Part shown: positions 7,395 through 17,032 of the stretch, piece by piece
Layout of the letters: each line of letters starts with the position of its first letter
Numbering within the stretch: the first letter of the stretch is position 1
Origin: a virus
Lineage: Duplodnaviria > Caudoviricetes
Length of the DNA stretch: 38,431 bases
Direction: 5' to 3' (one strand)
Virus record (IMG/VR): IMGVR_UViG_3300043372_000116
Location: 1 to 38,431 of that record
Notes under the pieces: generated by a model
What the model saw: only the letters and a program-made list of their open reading frames with translations
Told to the model about the DNA's origin: nothing
The model's database searches: none
Position numbers and translations under genes: made by a program

Positions 7395-7535
7395 CGCTTG
7401 CCTCTCGATCTTTTGCAGTGCCCCTCAGTAAATGCGAAAGCTTTGGATAAGTCGCACATATACGTTCAAACCTCCGCTCCGGTCAATGGCCTAGGCACCC
7501 TGAGCCCTAGCCCCTCCGGATCCGAACTCGCCGGC

Positions 7536-7730
7536 CTAAGCACGCTCGCAATAAGCGCCACGCCGGGCGTTATTGACCTTCACCTCGCCAATGGTCTGGT
7601 CGGTGTCTTTCGCCGACCAGCTCACCGGGCGCCAGACCGTGCAGGCGCTGATGTTAGTTTCTCTCGTAGCGGTCAGGCTTGCGCAGCCCGTCAGGGCCAA
7701 GAGGCACAGCGTCACCAGCGTTGATCGCAT
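7536..7730 (-). CDS. o-spanin (Rz1-like lipoprotein)
   Basis: LALTGC lipobox; overlaps the i-spanin 3' end in another frame. Confidence 0.8.
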   Translation of the reverse strand: MRSTLVTLCLLALTGCASLTATRETNISACTVWRPVSWSAKDTDQTIGEVKVNNARRGAYCERA

Positions 7731-7884
7731 CTTTCAATCTCCTCACAGCATCCTCATAGGCGGCACGCTCGACCTTCTGCGCGCCAGAGCGGGCGCCGGC
7801 GTGATAGATCGCGCCGACAGCGACAAGCAGCAGAGCCCCGGCGGCAAGGCCGCGCCCGATGGGGGATAGGAGCAGGGCGATCAA
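7654..7884 (-). CDS. i-spanin (Rz-like)
   Basis: N-terminal TM segment then Ala-rich helix; TTG start coupled to upstream stop. Confidence 0.75.
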   Translation of the reverse strand: MIALLLSPIGRGLAAGALLLVAVGAIYHAGARSGAQKVERAAYEDAVRRLKDAINAGDAVPLGPDGLRKPDRYERN

Positions 7885-9704
7885 TACGGCCGCTCCCGCT
7901 CCGCGTTGCCGGCACCCTGCGCGGCGCGCGCCCCCAACAGTCCCATGACGCCCCAAGAATGCGGCGCGGCGTACCAGCGGTTGGCCACCGCCCAGGGGAT
8001 GCTCAGCGCTGTCAAGGGGTCGATCACGGCCACGCCCGTGCCATGCAACGCCGCACCCGCACCCGCTAAAGGGGCACCGCGCTTGCCGCCCGTCAGCAGG
8101 TCTTGCATGAACGACCGCTGCGCCGTGCCGCTGTTTGGCACGGGATCTGGCAGCACGCCCGCGCCCGCGCGCACCAGCTCGGTAAACGGATCGCGCGCCA
8201 TCGCATAGGCGTCCTTGCCGATGTTGGCGCGTTGCTCAGCGGCGAGCGCACTGGGCGGGATGAACCCGGTGTTGAGCTTTTCGCGTCCTGTGGCGTTGCC
8301 CATCGCGTCCTTGATGCGCGAAAAGACCGCATACTGACGGTTGGTCTCGCGCCAGGCGTCTGACAAATCCTGCCCGGACAGCATCTGGTTCCCGACTTGG
8401 ACTCGCTGCTGCCGAAGCGCTGAACGCTCCATCAAATCCTGCAAGCTGTCGCGCAGGCCTGACATGGCGCGCCCGTACTGCTGAATTGTGGGGTCGTCGC
8501 TGCGCATGAACTGCGACGCTGCGGTGCGTAGCTCGCCGTCAATCTGGTGGAAGTTCGCCCCAGGCATCACCGCGCCTTGCGCGCGCGCATTGACGAACTG
8601 CTGGAGCTGATCGACGGTCTGCGAGAATTGATTGAAGCGCGTCTCGTCGAGGCCTTGCCGGTAATTTTGGCGCAGCCCTTGGATGTCGCGCTCAAATTGC
8701 GGGTCGGGCGTCAGCTGCGTCGCACGTTCCAGCGCGTCATAGCGGTTGCCAAATTCACGCTGCGCCTGCTGAAGCACTTCCGGCCGTGCGGTGTCGGCGT
8801 TTATGCCGGCGCGCTGGTTGATGGCGCGCGTGTAGGCGCGGCCTTGCTCGTCCTCCATGCGTGCCACGCGCGGGGCCGACGTCGGCAGGTATTTCATGAC
8901 GCTCTCAGCGGTCAGCGCCGGTGCGCTCGCCAGCTGCTGGCCGGGCGACAAAGGTATTCCCTGCGCCTGCAGCAGCGCGTTCATGCGCTGACGCTCAGCT
9001 GACGCAGCTGACGGGATCAGGTTCTGCGGGCGCAGGTTGGGGAGAAACCCCGCCGCGGTGCCCGCAAGCATGGAGGTGACCGGACCAGCGCCGAGTTCGG
9101 CAGCCGTGCCACCGACCGCCGCGCCCATGCCGCCAGAAGTCGCCTGCAGGCCCGGTGCCTGCGCGAGCGTGTCAGCCACGCCGCGCCCCACTTGGGAGCC
9201 GCCAGCGGGGCCAGACAGCGCGTTGTAGATGCCGCGCGCCGCCTGTGCCCCCGTGACGCCGTCAAGGACGCCGCGGCTTGCGCCCTGGACGACGCGCTCG
9301 GTGGCGTTCTGAGGTTCGGGCAGGCCGATGTGCGTCATCAGGCGCTCAAACGCCTGGGAGGGCAGCATCTGCTCGGTCTCTGGCTGAGGAGCGACAAGGT
9401 CCGAAAGCGATTTCTCAGGCGGGAAAAAACGGTCCTTCGCCGCCCGGTAGCCGGTGACAGCGAGATCTGACAGCGGCATGGCAATGCCCGACAGACCCGC
9501 CCCGATCATCGCGCCGGGAATCGCGCCGACGCCGCCGGCCATAGCGCCCAGCCCGCCGCCGATCATCGCGCCGGTCATAGCAGGCCCGGCTGCGCGCGCC
9601 GTCAGCCCGAGCTGGCGCTTTGCCTCGTCGCCCGTTGAGCGCTGCATGCGCTTCTGCAGGCGCTCAATCTCGGCGTCGAGCAGCTTGTCGGTTTCGTTCG
9701 CCAT
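7881..9704 (-). CDS. Internal virion / DNA ejection protein
   Basis: 607 aa, Gly/Ala-rich membrane-like stretches, last large gene of the structural operon. Confidence 0.7.
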   Translation of the reverse strand: MANETDKLLDAEIERLQKRMQRSTGDEAKRQLGLTARAAGPAMTGAMIGGGLGAMAGGVGAIPGAMIGAGLSGIAMPLSDLAVTGYRAAKDRFFPPEKSLSDLVAPQPETEQMLPSQAFERLMTHIGLPEPQNATERVVQGASRGVLDGVTGAQAARGIYNALSGPAGGSQVGRGVADTLAQAPGLQATSGGMGAAVGGTAAELGAGPVTSMLAGTAAGFLPNLRPQNLIPSAASAERQRMNALLQAQGIPLSPGQQLASAPALTAESVMKYLPTSAPRVARMEDEQGRAYTRAINQRAGINADTARPEVLQQAQREFGNRYDALERATQLTPDPQFERDIQGLRQNYRQGLDETRFNQFSQTVDQLQQFVNARAQGAVMPGANFHQIDGELRTAASQFMRSDDPTIQQYGRAMSGLRDSLQDLMERSALRQQRVQVGNQMLSGQDLSDAWRETNRQYAVFSRIKDAMGNATGREKLNTGFIPPSALAAEQRANIGKDAYAMARDPFTELVRAGAGVLPDPVPNSGTAQRSFMQDLLTGGKRGAPLAGAGAALHGTGVAVIDPLTALSIPWAVANRWYAAPHSWGVMGLLGARAAQGAGNAERERPY

Positions 9705-11161
9705 CAGCGGTCCCCATTCAACAGTTTGAGGCGCGCAAGCAGCGCCATCTTCGCCTTCGAGTCGAGGCTCGACGGGTCGGCCGTATATTGCTCATAGAGA
9801 GACAGCACCTCTTCCGCCGGCATCGTTTTGATGCGGTCGGGGAGGGAGGGCTGGTAGAGCTTGAAGTTCAGACCGTCGCGCTTGGCGGCAGGCCCGGCAG
9901 CGCCCAGCATGCCCATCGTCGCGTCTTCGCGCGCCTTGCGCTTCTGCTCAATCACTTCCGGGCCTTCGCCAGGCATCGGGAAATATTTAGTGATTTCCTG
10001 CATCATTTCGTCCATGCCGATCACCGCGCCGCTTTCTTTGCGGAGGTTGGCGGTGACCCAGTTGCGCTTGGCCTGCTCATATTTTTGGCGATCTGCGTCA
10101 CGCAGGAATCCGACATAATTGTCGCCCAGCTTGCCGCCGACTATTTGCTCGACGGCACCGGGTCGTGACGCTTGCGTCATGTCGAGCGGGTCGATCGTCT
10201 GATGCGACGTCACCATGCGCCGCGCGAAGCTTGCGGCTTTGTTCTGCTCTTCGGTGAACTTCTCTTCCTGCGGCGGGCGCGAGATCATCGCAGGCGTCGA
10301 GCCACCGGGCGGGGGCATTGTCTGCGTGCCAAGCACTGGCGCCACGGCCTGTGAGGGCGCGCCGGGCAAGCCCATCGGAGCCACGCCGGGCGTCGGCTGG
10401 CCGGGCGTGCCTTGCGGCCGCCAGCCGGGCATGGGGATGCCTTCAGGGACGGGCGGGCGTACCCACTGGTACTCCATCTGGCGGGTTTCGGGATTGAACG
10501 CATTCACCTGCTTTGGACCGTAGACGTGGTTGAACGCTGTGAAATAATCCGGCGTGCCGACCTGTGTCGGATCCTTCAGCGCGTTTGTGATGATCTGGTT
10601 CGACTGGTTTTCCATTCCGCCTTTCGGCGAGCCGGTAATCGTCTTCTGCCAGGCGCCGTCCTTGAACTCATAGAGGTCGTTGCCAATCTCCTTCGTCACC
10701 GGCATCTGAAGATCGCGGCGCGCCTTCTCTGCCTGCAGCCGCTGCAGCTCCTTCGCGCCGGGGTTGGTCAGCTCGTTGACGGTCTTTTGCTGGATGATCT
10801 GCTGCGCAAGCTGCGGTGTGAGCCCTGTCGGGTCGAAGCCGTAGGCCTGGCGGAATCCAGCTGCGTCACCCATCCGGCCGCGGATCGACTCGAGATCCTT
10901 GAGCTCCTGCTGCTTTGCCCCAAACTGCGACGTCATCAGCTTCGCCTGCGCCATCTTGTAGATGTCGCTCTGCATGTTGCCGCCGACTTGGCCGAGCTGC
11001 CCGAGATACTGCGCACGCTGAGCCGGCATCTGCTTCTGGCCAGCCGCCATCAGCAAGCCGCCGATCTGGCCGAGCGTCGAATAGAGCATCTGCTGGCGGT
11101 CCTGATCTGTCAGGCCGTAGGGGTTGGCTTGCGCCGGATCTGTTGCGTCAAGGATACCCAT
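9704..11161 (-). CDS. Internal virion / DNA ejection protein
   Basis: 485 aa, Gln-rich, C-terminal ANLRKESGAVIG..E...YFP.PG domain; synteny. Confidence 0.7.
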   Translation of the reverse strand: MGILDATDPAQANPYGLTDQDRQQMLYSTLGQIGGLLMAAGQKQMPAQRAQYLGQLGQVGGNMQSDIYKMAQAKLMTSQFGAKQQELKDLESIRGRMGDAAGFRQAYGFDPTGLTPQLAQQIIQQKTVNELTNPGAKELQRLQAEKARRDLQMPVTKEIGNDLYEFKDGAWQKTITGSPKGGMENQSNQIITNALKDPTQVGTPDYFTAFNHVYGPKQVNAFNPETRQMEYQWVRPPVPEGIPMPGWRPQGTPGQPTPGVAPMGLPGAPSQAVAPVLGTQTMPPPGGSTPAMISRPPQEEKFTEEQNKAASFARRMVTSHQTIDPLDMTQASRPGAVEQIVGGKLGDNYVGFLRDADRQKYEQAKRNWVTANLRKESGAVIGMDEMMQEITKYFPMPGEGPEVIEQKRKAREDATMGMLGAAGPAAKRDGLNFKLYQPSLPDRIKTMPAEEVLSLYEQYTADPSSLDSKAKMALLARLKLLNGDR

Positions 11162-11176
11162 GTGCGCGTGCCTTCC

Positions 11177-11581
11177 TCAAAAAGTTCGGCCGCTGTAGTC
11201 AGCGCCAGGATAGGGTTCACTTGCACCGTCTCCGGCACTCGCCGCGGCATGCGCGGCCCAGTCAATGCGGCGAGGCGCGATCTGTGGCGGCGTGAATGCG
11301 TAGCTCGACAGAAGACCGCCTATCCGCTGCGCCATCTGCGGGTCGCTCTGCATCTGCTGCAACAGGCCCGGCACGCCGAGCTGGCTTTGCAACGCCTGCT
11401 GGAAATACTGCTGCAGCATGCCGTGCGCCGGGCCGAAGTTTTTGCTCTCGGGCGTCATCTGAGGCATGCCGGGCTGCTGCACGGACGATGTCGGCATAGC
11501 CTGGCCAAGCGCTTGCGAGATGTACGACATAGGATCGGTGCCGTAGGGCGATGTCGGGTAGGGGTTCGTGTATTGGTTCAT
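11177..11581 (-). CDS. Low-complexity Q/P/M-rich virion protein
   Basis: MNQYTNPYPT start ATGA-coupled to upstream gene. Confidence 0.6.
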   Translation of the reverse strand: MNQYTNPYPTSPYGTDPMSYISQALGQAMPTSSVQQPGMPQMTPESKNFGPAHGMLQQYFQQALQSQLGVPGLLQQMQSDPQMAQRIGGLLSSYAFTPPQIAPRRIDWAAHAAASAGDGASEPYPGADYSGRTF

Positions 11582-12357
11582 CCGAGTAGCCCCATCTGCA
11601 TCATGCGTTTCCTGAGTTCGTCCTGCGGCGAGATCGGCGCGCTTGGGGACAACAGGCCTGAGAAGTCGACACTGCCGCCCTTGTGTGCCTGAGCTGGCGC
11701 GCCGGGTTGCCATGTTGGCTTGGGCGCGCCTTGGGCCATCATGGCCATGCCGGCGGAGCCGAGGCCCGCGAAGTTGAACGGGCTTGGTGCGGCCGGGTTA
11801 GTGACGCCGCCGAGCCCCGCCTGCGACATCTGCGCATTGACCTGCGGCTGTGTGAAGACTGGCTGCTGATTTGCCGCGCCGACCGGCTGCATGCCTGCTT
11901 GCTGCTGCGTGCCGGCAAACTTGTCCATCACACCCTGCGCAAACTGCGAGCCTGGCATTGATGGCGCACCGCCATTCCACGCGACGGCGTTCTGGCCGAC
12001 CGCCTGCCCCGCCGGCTGCTGCGAGTTGAGCAGCTTCACCGCGCCACCGGCACCCTGCTGATGAGCGAGGTAGAGTTGCGCGGCGTTCGGATCTCCGACG
12101 CCTCGGCCCTGCATGTAGGTCCGATTGTCGACTGCCAAGCGCCCCGCTGCGTCAGCTGAAGCTGGCAGGTTGTAGGGGTCTGACAGGCCATAGGCTCTGG
12201 CCGTCTTGGGCATGAATTGAAAAGGCCCGGCTGCGCCCGATTTTTTGTTGTAGAGGTTTTTTCCGCTGCTGCTTTCTATCTGGTAGGTCCGCGCCAGATA
12301 GCCGGCCGGAAGATTGTATTTACGTTCGATGTCGGCAAAGAGCGCGCTGTTGTCCAT
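11578..12357 (-). CDS. Virion-associated lytic transglycosylase (SLT domain)
   Basis: YQIESS, SGAAGPFQFMPKTA, LYLAHQQG motifs. Confidence 0.88.
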   Translation of the reverse strand: MDNSALFADIERKYNLPAGYLARTYQIESSSGKNLYNKKSGAAGPFQFMPKTARAYGLSDPYNLPASADAAGRLAVDNRTYMQGRGVGDPNAAQLYLAHQQGAGGAVKLLNSQQPAGQAVGQNAVAWNGGAPSMPGSQFAQGVMDKFAGTQQQAGMQPVGAANQQPVFTQPQVNAQMSQAGLGGVTNPAAPSPFNFAGLGSAGMAMMAQGAPKPTWQPGAPAQAHKGGSVDFSGLLSPSAPISPQDELRKRMMQMGLLG

Positions 12358-13046
12358 CAGTTCACCCCTGTCATCTGGTCGCGCACGGCGCGGTCGATCA
12401 GCATCAGTCGGCGGTCGACTTCGCTGCGCATATCGTGCGGCAGGTTGGCAATCCGCTCGCGGTTCTCATCCAGAAAGGCAGTGCAATCCCAGCAGTCGCG
12501 CCCGGTGCGCTCGCCGCGCGCATAGCCTTCCGGCAGCTCAGCCCCGACTTTTTTTAGGTAGGAAAAGACCTCGTCCTCCGACCAGTCCTCGAGGGGCATG
12601 TGGTAGGTGACCCCGTCGATCACGGACCCGTCGTGCGCCGTCGACTTTCGGCGATCGTTGGCGCGTTGGCCTTTGATGACGTGCTTGACGCCGAGAGCGA
12701 GCGTCGCTTGGTGGAGAGGGAACCAGACGTTGCGCGCGCAGCACTCGTAGGAAGACTGGAGCAGGGGGCCTTTGTTGCCGGTGATCTCCTTGCCGAACAG
12801 CGTGTTTTCTATCGGCAGCACGTCGACCGGCCAGCCGAAGGTGCGCAGGTTGCCCGGCTGGTCGGTGTTGATCTCAATGAAATGCGGCAGGCGTTCCTTC
12901 CAGCCACGCATAAAGTCGATCATGTCGGGATGCTGCGCCCCGGTGTTGACCCACAGCACAGCGATCTCGTCCCACTCCTCTTGGTAGAGGTGTAGGCAAG
13001 CAATGCTGTCCTTGCCGCCGGAAAAGTGGAGCGCCGTGTCGATCAT
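12357..13046 (-). CDS. PAPS/APS-reductase-family PP-loop protein
   Basis: FSGGKDS, VNTG, ECC, KGQRAND, PLEDWSEDEV, DCWDC. Confidence 0.88.
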   Translation of the reverse strand: MIDTALHFSGGKDSIACLHLYQEEWDEIAVLWVNTGAQHPDMIDFMRGWKERLPHFIEINTDQPGNLRTFGWPVDVLPIENTLFGKEITGNKGPLLQSSYECCARNVWFPLHQATLALGVKHVIKGQRANDRRKSTAHDGSVIDGVTYHMPLEDWSEDEVFSYLKKVGAELPEGYARGERTGRDCWDCTAFLDENRERIANLPHDMRSEVDRRLMLIDRAVRDQMTGVN

Positions 13047-14017
13047 AGCGCAGCGATCCCCGCGAGCCCCGCGCCGCCGCCGCCGAGTGCGTTCAGCCCG
13101 CCCAGCAGGCTGACGCCGGTTGATGCCGCGCCCAGCCCGGTCATCAGGCCGTTGCTGGACGGGCCGGGGCCGGTCTGCGTGTTGGTTTGGCCGTAGGGCG
13201 TCGCGCCCAGCGCCTGAAGCGGGATCTGCAGCTGCTGCAGTGGGAATTGCTGGGCTTCGGTATAAGCCTGCTGCTGTGCCGCGATCTCTCTCTGGGCCTG
13301 CGCCTGCGCGCTTTCTTGGCCGGCAAGAGCGGCGGCGGTGCCGCCCAGGAAGGACTGCTGCCCTTGAGCCGCAAGGGAGCCCAGCGAGTTTGCTGCGTTC
13401 AGGTTGAGGTTTGCGCCCTGCAGGCCTGCGCCCTGATTGCTGGTCTGCGCCTGCAAGTTGCGATTGATGTCGTTCTGCGCCGCTGTCTGAGCCTGCGTAA
13501 AGTTCTGGCCCATCAGCTGAGCAGCAAGGTTGCCCGCTTGCGTCGAGGCGCCGGCGTTGGTGACGCCTTCCGAGACGCCCTGGCGCGACCCGCCGAAGGA
13601 TCCGGTGCGCAGCGCCTGGTCGCCGATTCCGTTCAGCGACTGCAGCCGCTGCTGGTCGATCGCCTGCATGCCGCTGTTGATCACGCTCTGCGTGAAGGGG
13701 TTCATGTAGGCTGACAGGTCGGTGCCGGCGAGCGTGCCGGCCTGGACTTGCCCAGGCGTGTAATTGGTGAGCCCGCCTGCCTGGTTCTGGGCATATGCAA
13801 ACGCCGGGTTGGTCGAGCCAATATTGTTCTGCAGTGCGGCGATGTTGGCCTGCTGCCCGCCAGTCATGCCAGCAACGCGCGGCCCGGAATAGGGACCGAG
13901 CATGTTGGCCGAGACGTCATAAGCCGCAGCCAGGTTCTTCTGGCCAGCGTCCTGGACCCACTGCGGGAGCTCTGTCTTGTTGGTGACAGTCTGCGTGCCG
14001 CCGCTATCCTTGCCCAT
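13043..14017 (-). CDS. Ejection/pilot protein
   Basis: MGKDSGGTQT start, YMNPF..VI, GSFGGSRQGV, Q/G/A-rich; follows the GNAT-like gene. Confidence 0.7.
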   Translation of the reverse strand: MGKDSGGTQTVTNKTELPQWVQDAGQKNLAAAYDVSANMLGPYSGPRVAGMTGGQQANIAALQNNIGSTNPAFAYAQNQAGGLTNYTPGQVQAGTLAGTDLSAYMNPFTQSVINSGMQAIDQQRLQSLNGIGDQALRTGSFGGSRQGVSEGVTNAGASTQAGNLAAQLMGQNFTQAQTAAQNDINRNLQAQTSNQGAGLQGANLNLNAANSLGSLAAQGQQSFLGGTAAALAGQESAQAQAQREIAAQQQAYTEAQQFPLQQLQIPLQALGATPYGQTNTQTGPGPSSNGLMTGLGAASTGVSLLGGLNALGGGGAGLAGIAAL

Positions 14018-14405
14018 GTGTTGCTCCTAGATCGTAGAGGAAGGTGACGCTGTGCTTCTTCCATCCGAATTTCGGCAGCACCGACTGCCAGCCCGTGCGC
14101 CCGTTCGTCGTCATATATGCGCAGCCTGATGCGATCGCGTGGCGCTCGACGTCGCCATGCAGATCCATGACGCCCGGCAGCTCGCCGGCGACGACGAAGG
14201 CATGCAGGTAGCGCTTGCGCGGCGCCTGCACGATCTCCGTGATGCAGACGCCGTGCGCGTTCCAGAACAGCTGAAAACGCCCGGCAACAAGCCCCGCGCT
14301 GACGTCTTCCCACGAATACGCATCGCCGCCTTTTTTGAGCGCCTTGCGAATTCTTGCGATGATCTCATCGGGCGGAAGCCCGACTTCAGATTCGTGATTT
14401 GCCAT
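14004..14405 (-). CDS. GNAT-fold virion assembly protein (positional analogue of T7 gp13 / P22 gp14)
   Basis: CITEIV..P..RYLH...AG, GC......GRTGW motif. Confidence 0.65.
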   Translation of the reverse strand: MANHESEVGLPPDEIIARIRKALKKGGDAYSWEDVSAGLVAGRFQLFWNAHGVCITEIVQAPRKRYLHAFVVAGELPGVMDLHGDVERHAIASGCAYMTTNGRTGWQSVLPKFGWKKHSVTFLYDLGATHGQG

Positions 14406-14604
14406 CGTTCAACGCCGTCGTGAGGACGCCCGTATCGGACACTGTGACTTGGTAAACTTTGCCGCCGGGTGATCGGAGCATGATGCGCTGCACCGCCTCG
14501 TCTGAGGAGACGACGTTGATCAGCGCGCGCCGGATCGTGTCCAGAATTTGAACTATCGCGCTGGGCTGATAGTTCGGAGGCGGGCTTGGGAATGAAACTA
14601 TCAT
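14386..14604 (-). CDS. Small tail-associated protein
   Basis: FPSPPPNY...MLRSPGGKVYQVTVSDTGVL; directly after the nozzle gene. Confidence 0.6.
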   Translation of the reverse strand: MIVSFPSPPPNYQPSAIVQILDTIRRALINVVSSDEAVQRIMLRSPGGKVYQVTVSDTGVLTTALNDGKSRI

Positions 14605-16100
14605 CGAGCACTCCCTGCCGCAACGTCGAGGCGCATCTTTCCGATGCCCCAGTCGCCGTCTGATTTAGCTGCGAACCGAATCCGCGCCTCGCGCCCGGTC
14701 ACGCGCGTGTCGCAATAGCCGTCAGCGCGCACGCTGTAGGGGCCGAAGGTTTGCTCAGTACCGTTCGGCGTGTTGCGCGAATAAAACGTCACGTCGAGCG
14801 GGGCGCTGCCTGTGCCAAGCGCTGGCAGCAGCTGGCGGACTTCGACGAAGTTCTGCCCATCGCCGACGCCCAGCGCGCCGCTCTCGATCCAGACATCGCC
14901 GACGCGCGAGCTGCCTGCGTTCGTAAAGCCGTCTTCGTGCTGATAGATGTTGCCATCCGACGCGCCCATGTAGGGGAATTTGAAGACTTCGGCGGGTGCC
15001 ATCGCGCTGCGCGACAGCGTACCCCAAGCCCACCAGCTCTCGGCATAATTCCAGATGACGTAACGCGTCGCCTCGGTCTGGCCGTTTGGCGCGTAGAACC
15101 ACCACACTTCCGGAAACAGGCCGTGGTTGCAGCCGTGGATCCGAAACGGCCCGTATGTCGGATCCATGTCGCCCAGCACGTCATCCAGGACAGGGCACTC
15201 AAGCGGCTGCACGAAGCCGCCGTTGTAAAGCTGGAACCCGCTGCGCGACAGCCAGACTGCCTTGCCGTTAAAAGTCGCAATGCTATCGGGGTGCATAAGC
15301 GAAGTGTCCGAAATGCGCTCAAAGCCGTAAATGAACGGCTGGTTCACATAACGCCCGAGGATCACATCGGAATAGGAGAAGATCAGGACGCCTTCCTTGA
15401 CTTTCAATCCGCGCAGCAGGGGGGTGCGTGATGTCAGTTCCTGGAAGCCTGCGGTGTTTGTCGTGCTTGTAAAATTCCAGTCGGTGTAATCCTCGCGCGT
15501 TGACCATGCGACGGCGCGCTGAGAGCCGGAATAACCGATCGCCATGACATGCCGCTCGTCGGTGACGACAACAGCGTTCACACTTGTCACCGCGCCGCTG
15601 ATCACGGTCGGGGCTGTCGTCGGGGCAGAGCTGTCGTAATAGAACAGGCGGCCGTCTGAATTGGCGGTCAAAATGACATCTTCACCCCAGTTTCCAAAAG
15701 ACCAGTAAGCGTAGGGCGAGAAGACCGGCGAGGGGGCGGGGCGCGCGTCGCCGTATGTGTAGAGCCCGTATTCGAAAGACCCGAACCCGCCGTTGACGCC
15801 GATCGACGAAAGCGGAACAAAGCCGCTGGGTGTCACGTCCACGTAGGTGCCACCATCGTCGGTGTAGAGCTTGTTGTCGGTGCCAACGAGCGCCCGGCGG
15901 TTGTTGGTATTGTCGCGATAGACAATGATCTTCCGCACGCCACCATTTAACGGAGTCGCAGTCGTGCGCGTCCAGCCGCCGATCGGCCTGACGGTGTTGG
16001 ACTGCCAGCGGACAAGGTTCATGTCCCACCACCGCCCAGTGGTGTCGTATGGCGTGTTGTTGCGCTCAATACCAGGCGGGATGAGGATCGACGTGATCAT
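14601..16100 (-). CDS. Tail nozzle / packaged-DNA stabilisation protein (P22 gp10-like position)
   Basis: 499 aa beta-rich protein, WSTREDYTDW..AG motif, C-terminal RVTGREARIRF...WGIGKMRLDV. Confidence 0.75.
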   Translation of the reverse strand: MITSILIPPGIERNNTPYDTTGRWWDMNLVRWQSNTVRPIGGWTRTTATPLNGGVRKIIVYRDNTNNRRALVGTDNKLYTDDGGTYVDVTPSGFVPLSSIGVNGGFGSFEYGLYTYGDARPAPSPVFSPYAYWSFGNWGEDVILTANSDGRLFYYDSSAPTTAPTVISGAVTSVNAVVVTDERHVMAIGYSGSQRAVAWSTREDYTDWNFTSTTNTAGFQELTSRTPLLRGLKVKEGVLIFSYSDVILGRYVNQPFIYGFERISDTSLMHPDSIATFNGKAVWLSRSGFQLYNGGFVQPLECPVLDDVLGDMDPTYGPFRIHGCNHGLFPEVWWFYAPNGQTEATRYVIWNYAESWWAWGTLSRSAMAPAEVFKFPYMGASDGNIYQHEDGFTNAGSSRVGDVWIESGALGVGDGQNFVEVRQLLPALGTGSAPLDVTFYSRNTPNGTEQTFGPYSVRADGYCDTRVTGREARIRFAAKSDGDWGIGKMRLDVAAGSAR

Positions 16101-16798
16101 GCGCCTTCTTCCTTCAGCCGCTCGCGGCGCCAGTACCAGATAGCTGCCGCTGCCGCGCAGACGGCAAGCAGGACGACGAACGTTGGGTTCTTCAGCGCGT
16201 CGGAAAGCGTCTGCGCGTTGTCGGCGAAATCAGACGCGGCGGTGATTGCGCTGATGCCGCCAGCTGCCAGGGCGGTGTTTGCCTCCTTAGATGCAAAGAT
16301 CGCTTTGGTTGGTTTTGGCCGATCCGGCGTTGCGCGAGCCTGCGCGTTGACAGGGGCAGCAGCATCAAGGCCGCGCCAGAGCTCAGCCTCGGCACGGCGG
16401 CGGCGGACAAGGCCGGTCAATTCCTTGCCGCCAGCCTTCGTCCACTTCATCAACTCAGCGGGGACGCGATCAAACTCTTGTGCGTTGAGCCTCTTCAGAA
16501 GGGTCGAGGTTTTTAGCGCGCCGGTGTTGTACGACCAGCAGACAAGCGCATCGAACTGGTTCTGTGCAAGCGGCGCTGTGACCAGCTGGTTAATCTCGTC
16601 CTCAAAGCGATTGAGGTCATGCTTCAGAAGGGCGTCGGCTTCGGATTGCGAGATTCTCATGCCATCGACGACCATTGGAGATCCGGACGACGTGTGGCCG
16701 TAGCCGATCGTCAGCGTCCCTGCCGGGCAGCGGTAGGCAAGCAACGAGCAGCCTTCAAACTGCTTTATGAGTGAAAGGCCTTTCGTCGAGGTTTTCAT
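16097..16798 (-). CDS. Endolysin, GH24 lysozyme with C-terminal hydrophobic segments
   Basis: FEG...YRCPAGTLTIGYGHT, QNQFDALV, GLVRRRRAE. Confidence 0.92.
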   Translation of the reverse strand: MKTSTKGLSLIKQFEGCSLLAYRCPAGTLTIGYGHTSSGSPMVVDGMRISQSEADALLKHDLNRFEDEINQLVTAPLAQNQFDALVCWSYNTGALKTSTLLKRLNAQEFDRVPAELMKWTKAGGKELTGLVRRRRAEAELWRGLDAAAPVNAQARATPDRPKPTKAIFASKEANTALAAGGISAITAASDFADNAQTLSDALKNPTFVVLLAVCAAAAAIWYWRRERLKEEGA

Positions 16799-17028
16799 TT
16801 GTCCACCTTCTCGTTCAGCCGATCAAAGATTTTCTCCAGCATTGTCTCAATGCGCGTTACCGCGTTGGCGAACTCGTCCTTGCGAACGTAGTTTTTAGGC
16901 AGGTCGATCTCCAATGCGTGCATATCGCGGCGCATCTCCGCCATCGCGTCCCATAGCTGGCGGGCAAACCATCCGCCTACGGCAAGAGAGGCCCCGCCGG
17001 CGAAGTTGATGATTGATTGCGCGTCCAT
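16795..17028 (-). CDS. Putative holin
   Basis: One TM segment plus charged coiled coil; coupled to the lysin. Confidence 0.55.
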   Translation of the reverse strand: MDAQSIINFAGGASLAVGGWFARQLWDAMAEMRRDMHALEIDLPKNYVRKDEFANAVTRIETMLEKIFDRLNEKVDK

Positions 17029-17032
17029 CAGA

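Noticed and set aside
4484-7535. Satellite or integrative element nested in the phage
   Set aside because: No flanking direct repeats or replication genes found, and its promoter carries the genome-wide operator motif.
12357-13046. cysH auxiliary metabolic gene
   Set aside because: Lacks the C-terminal ECG(L/I)H motif and sits among virion genes.
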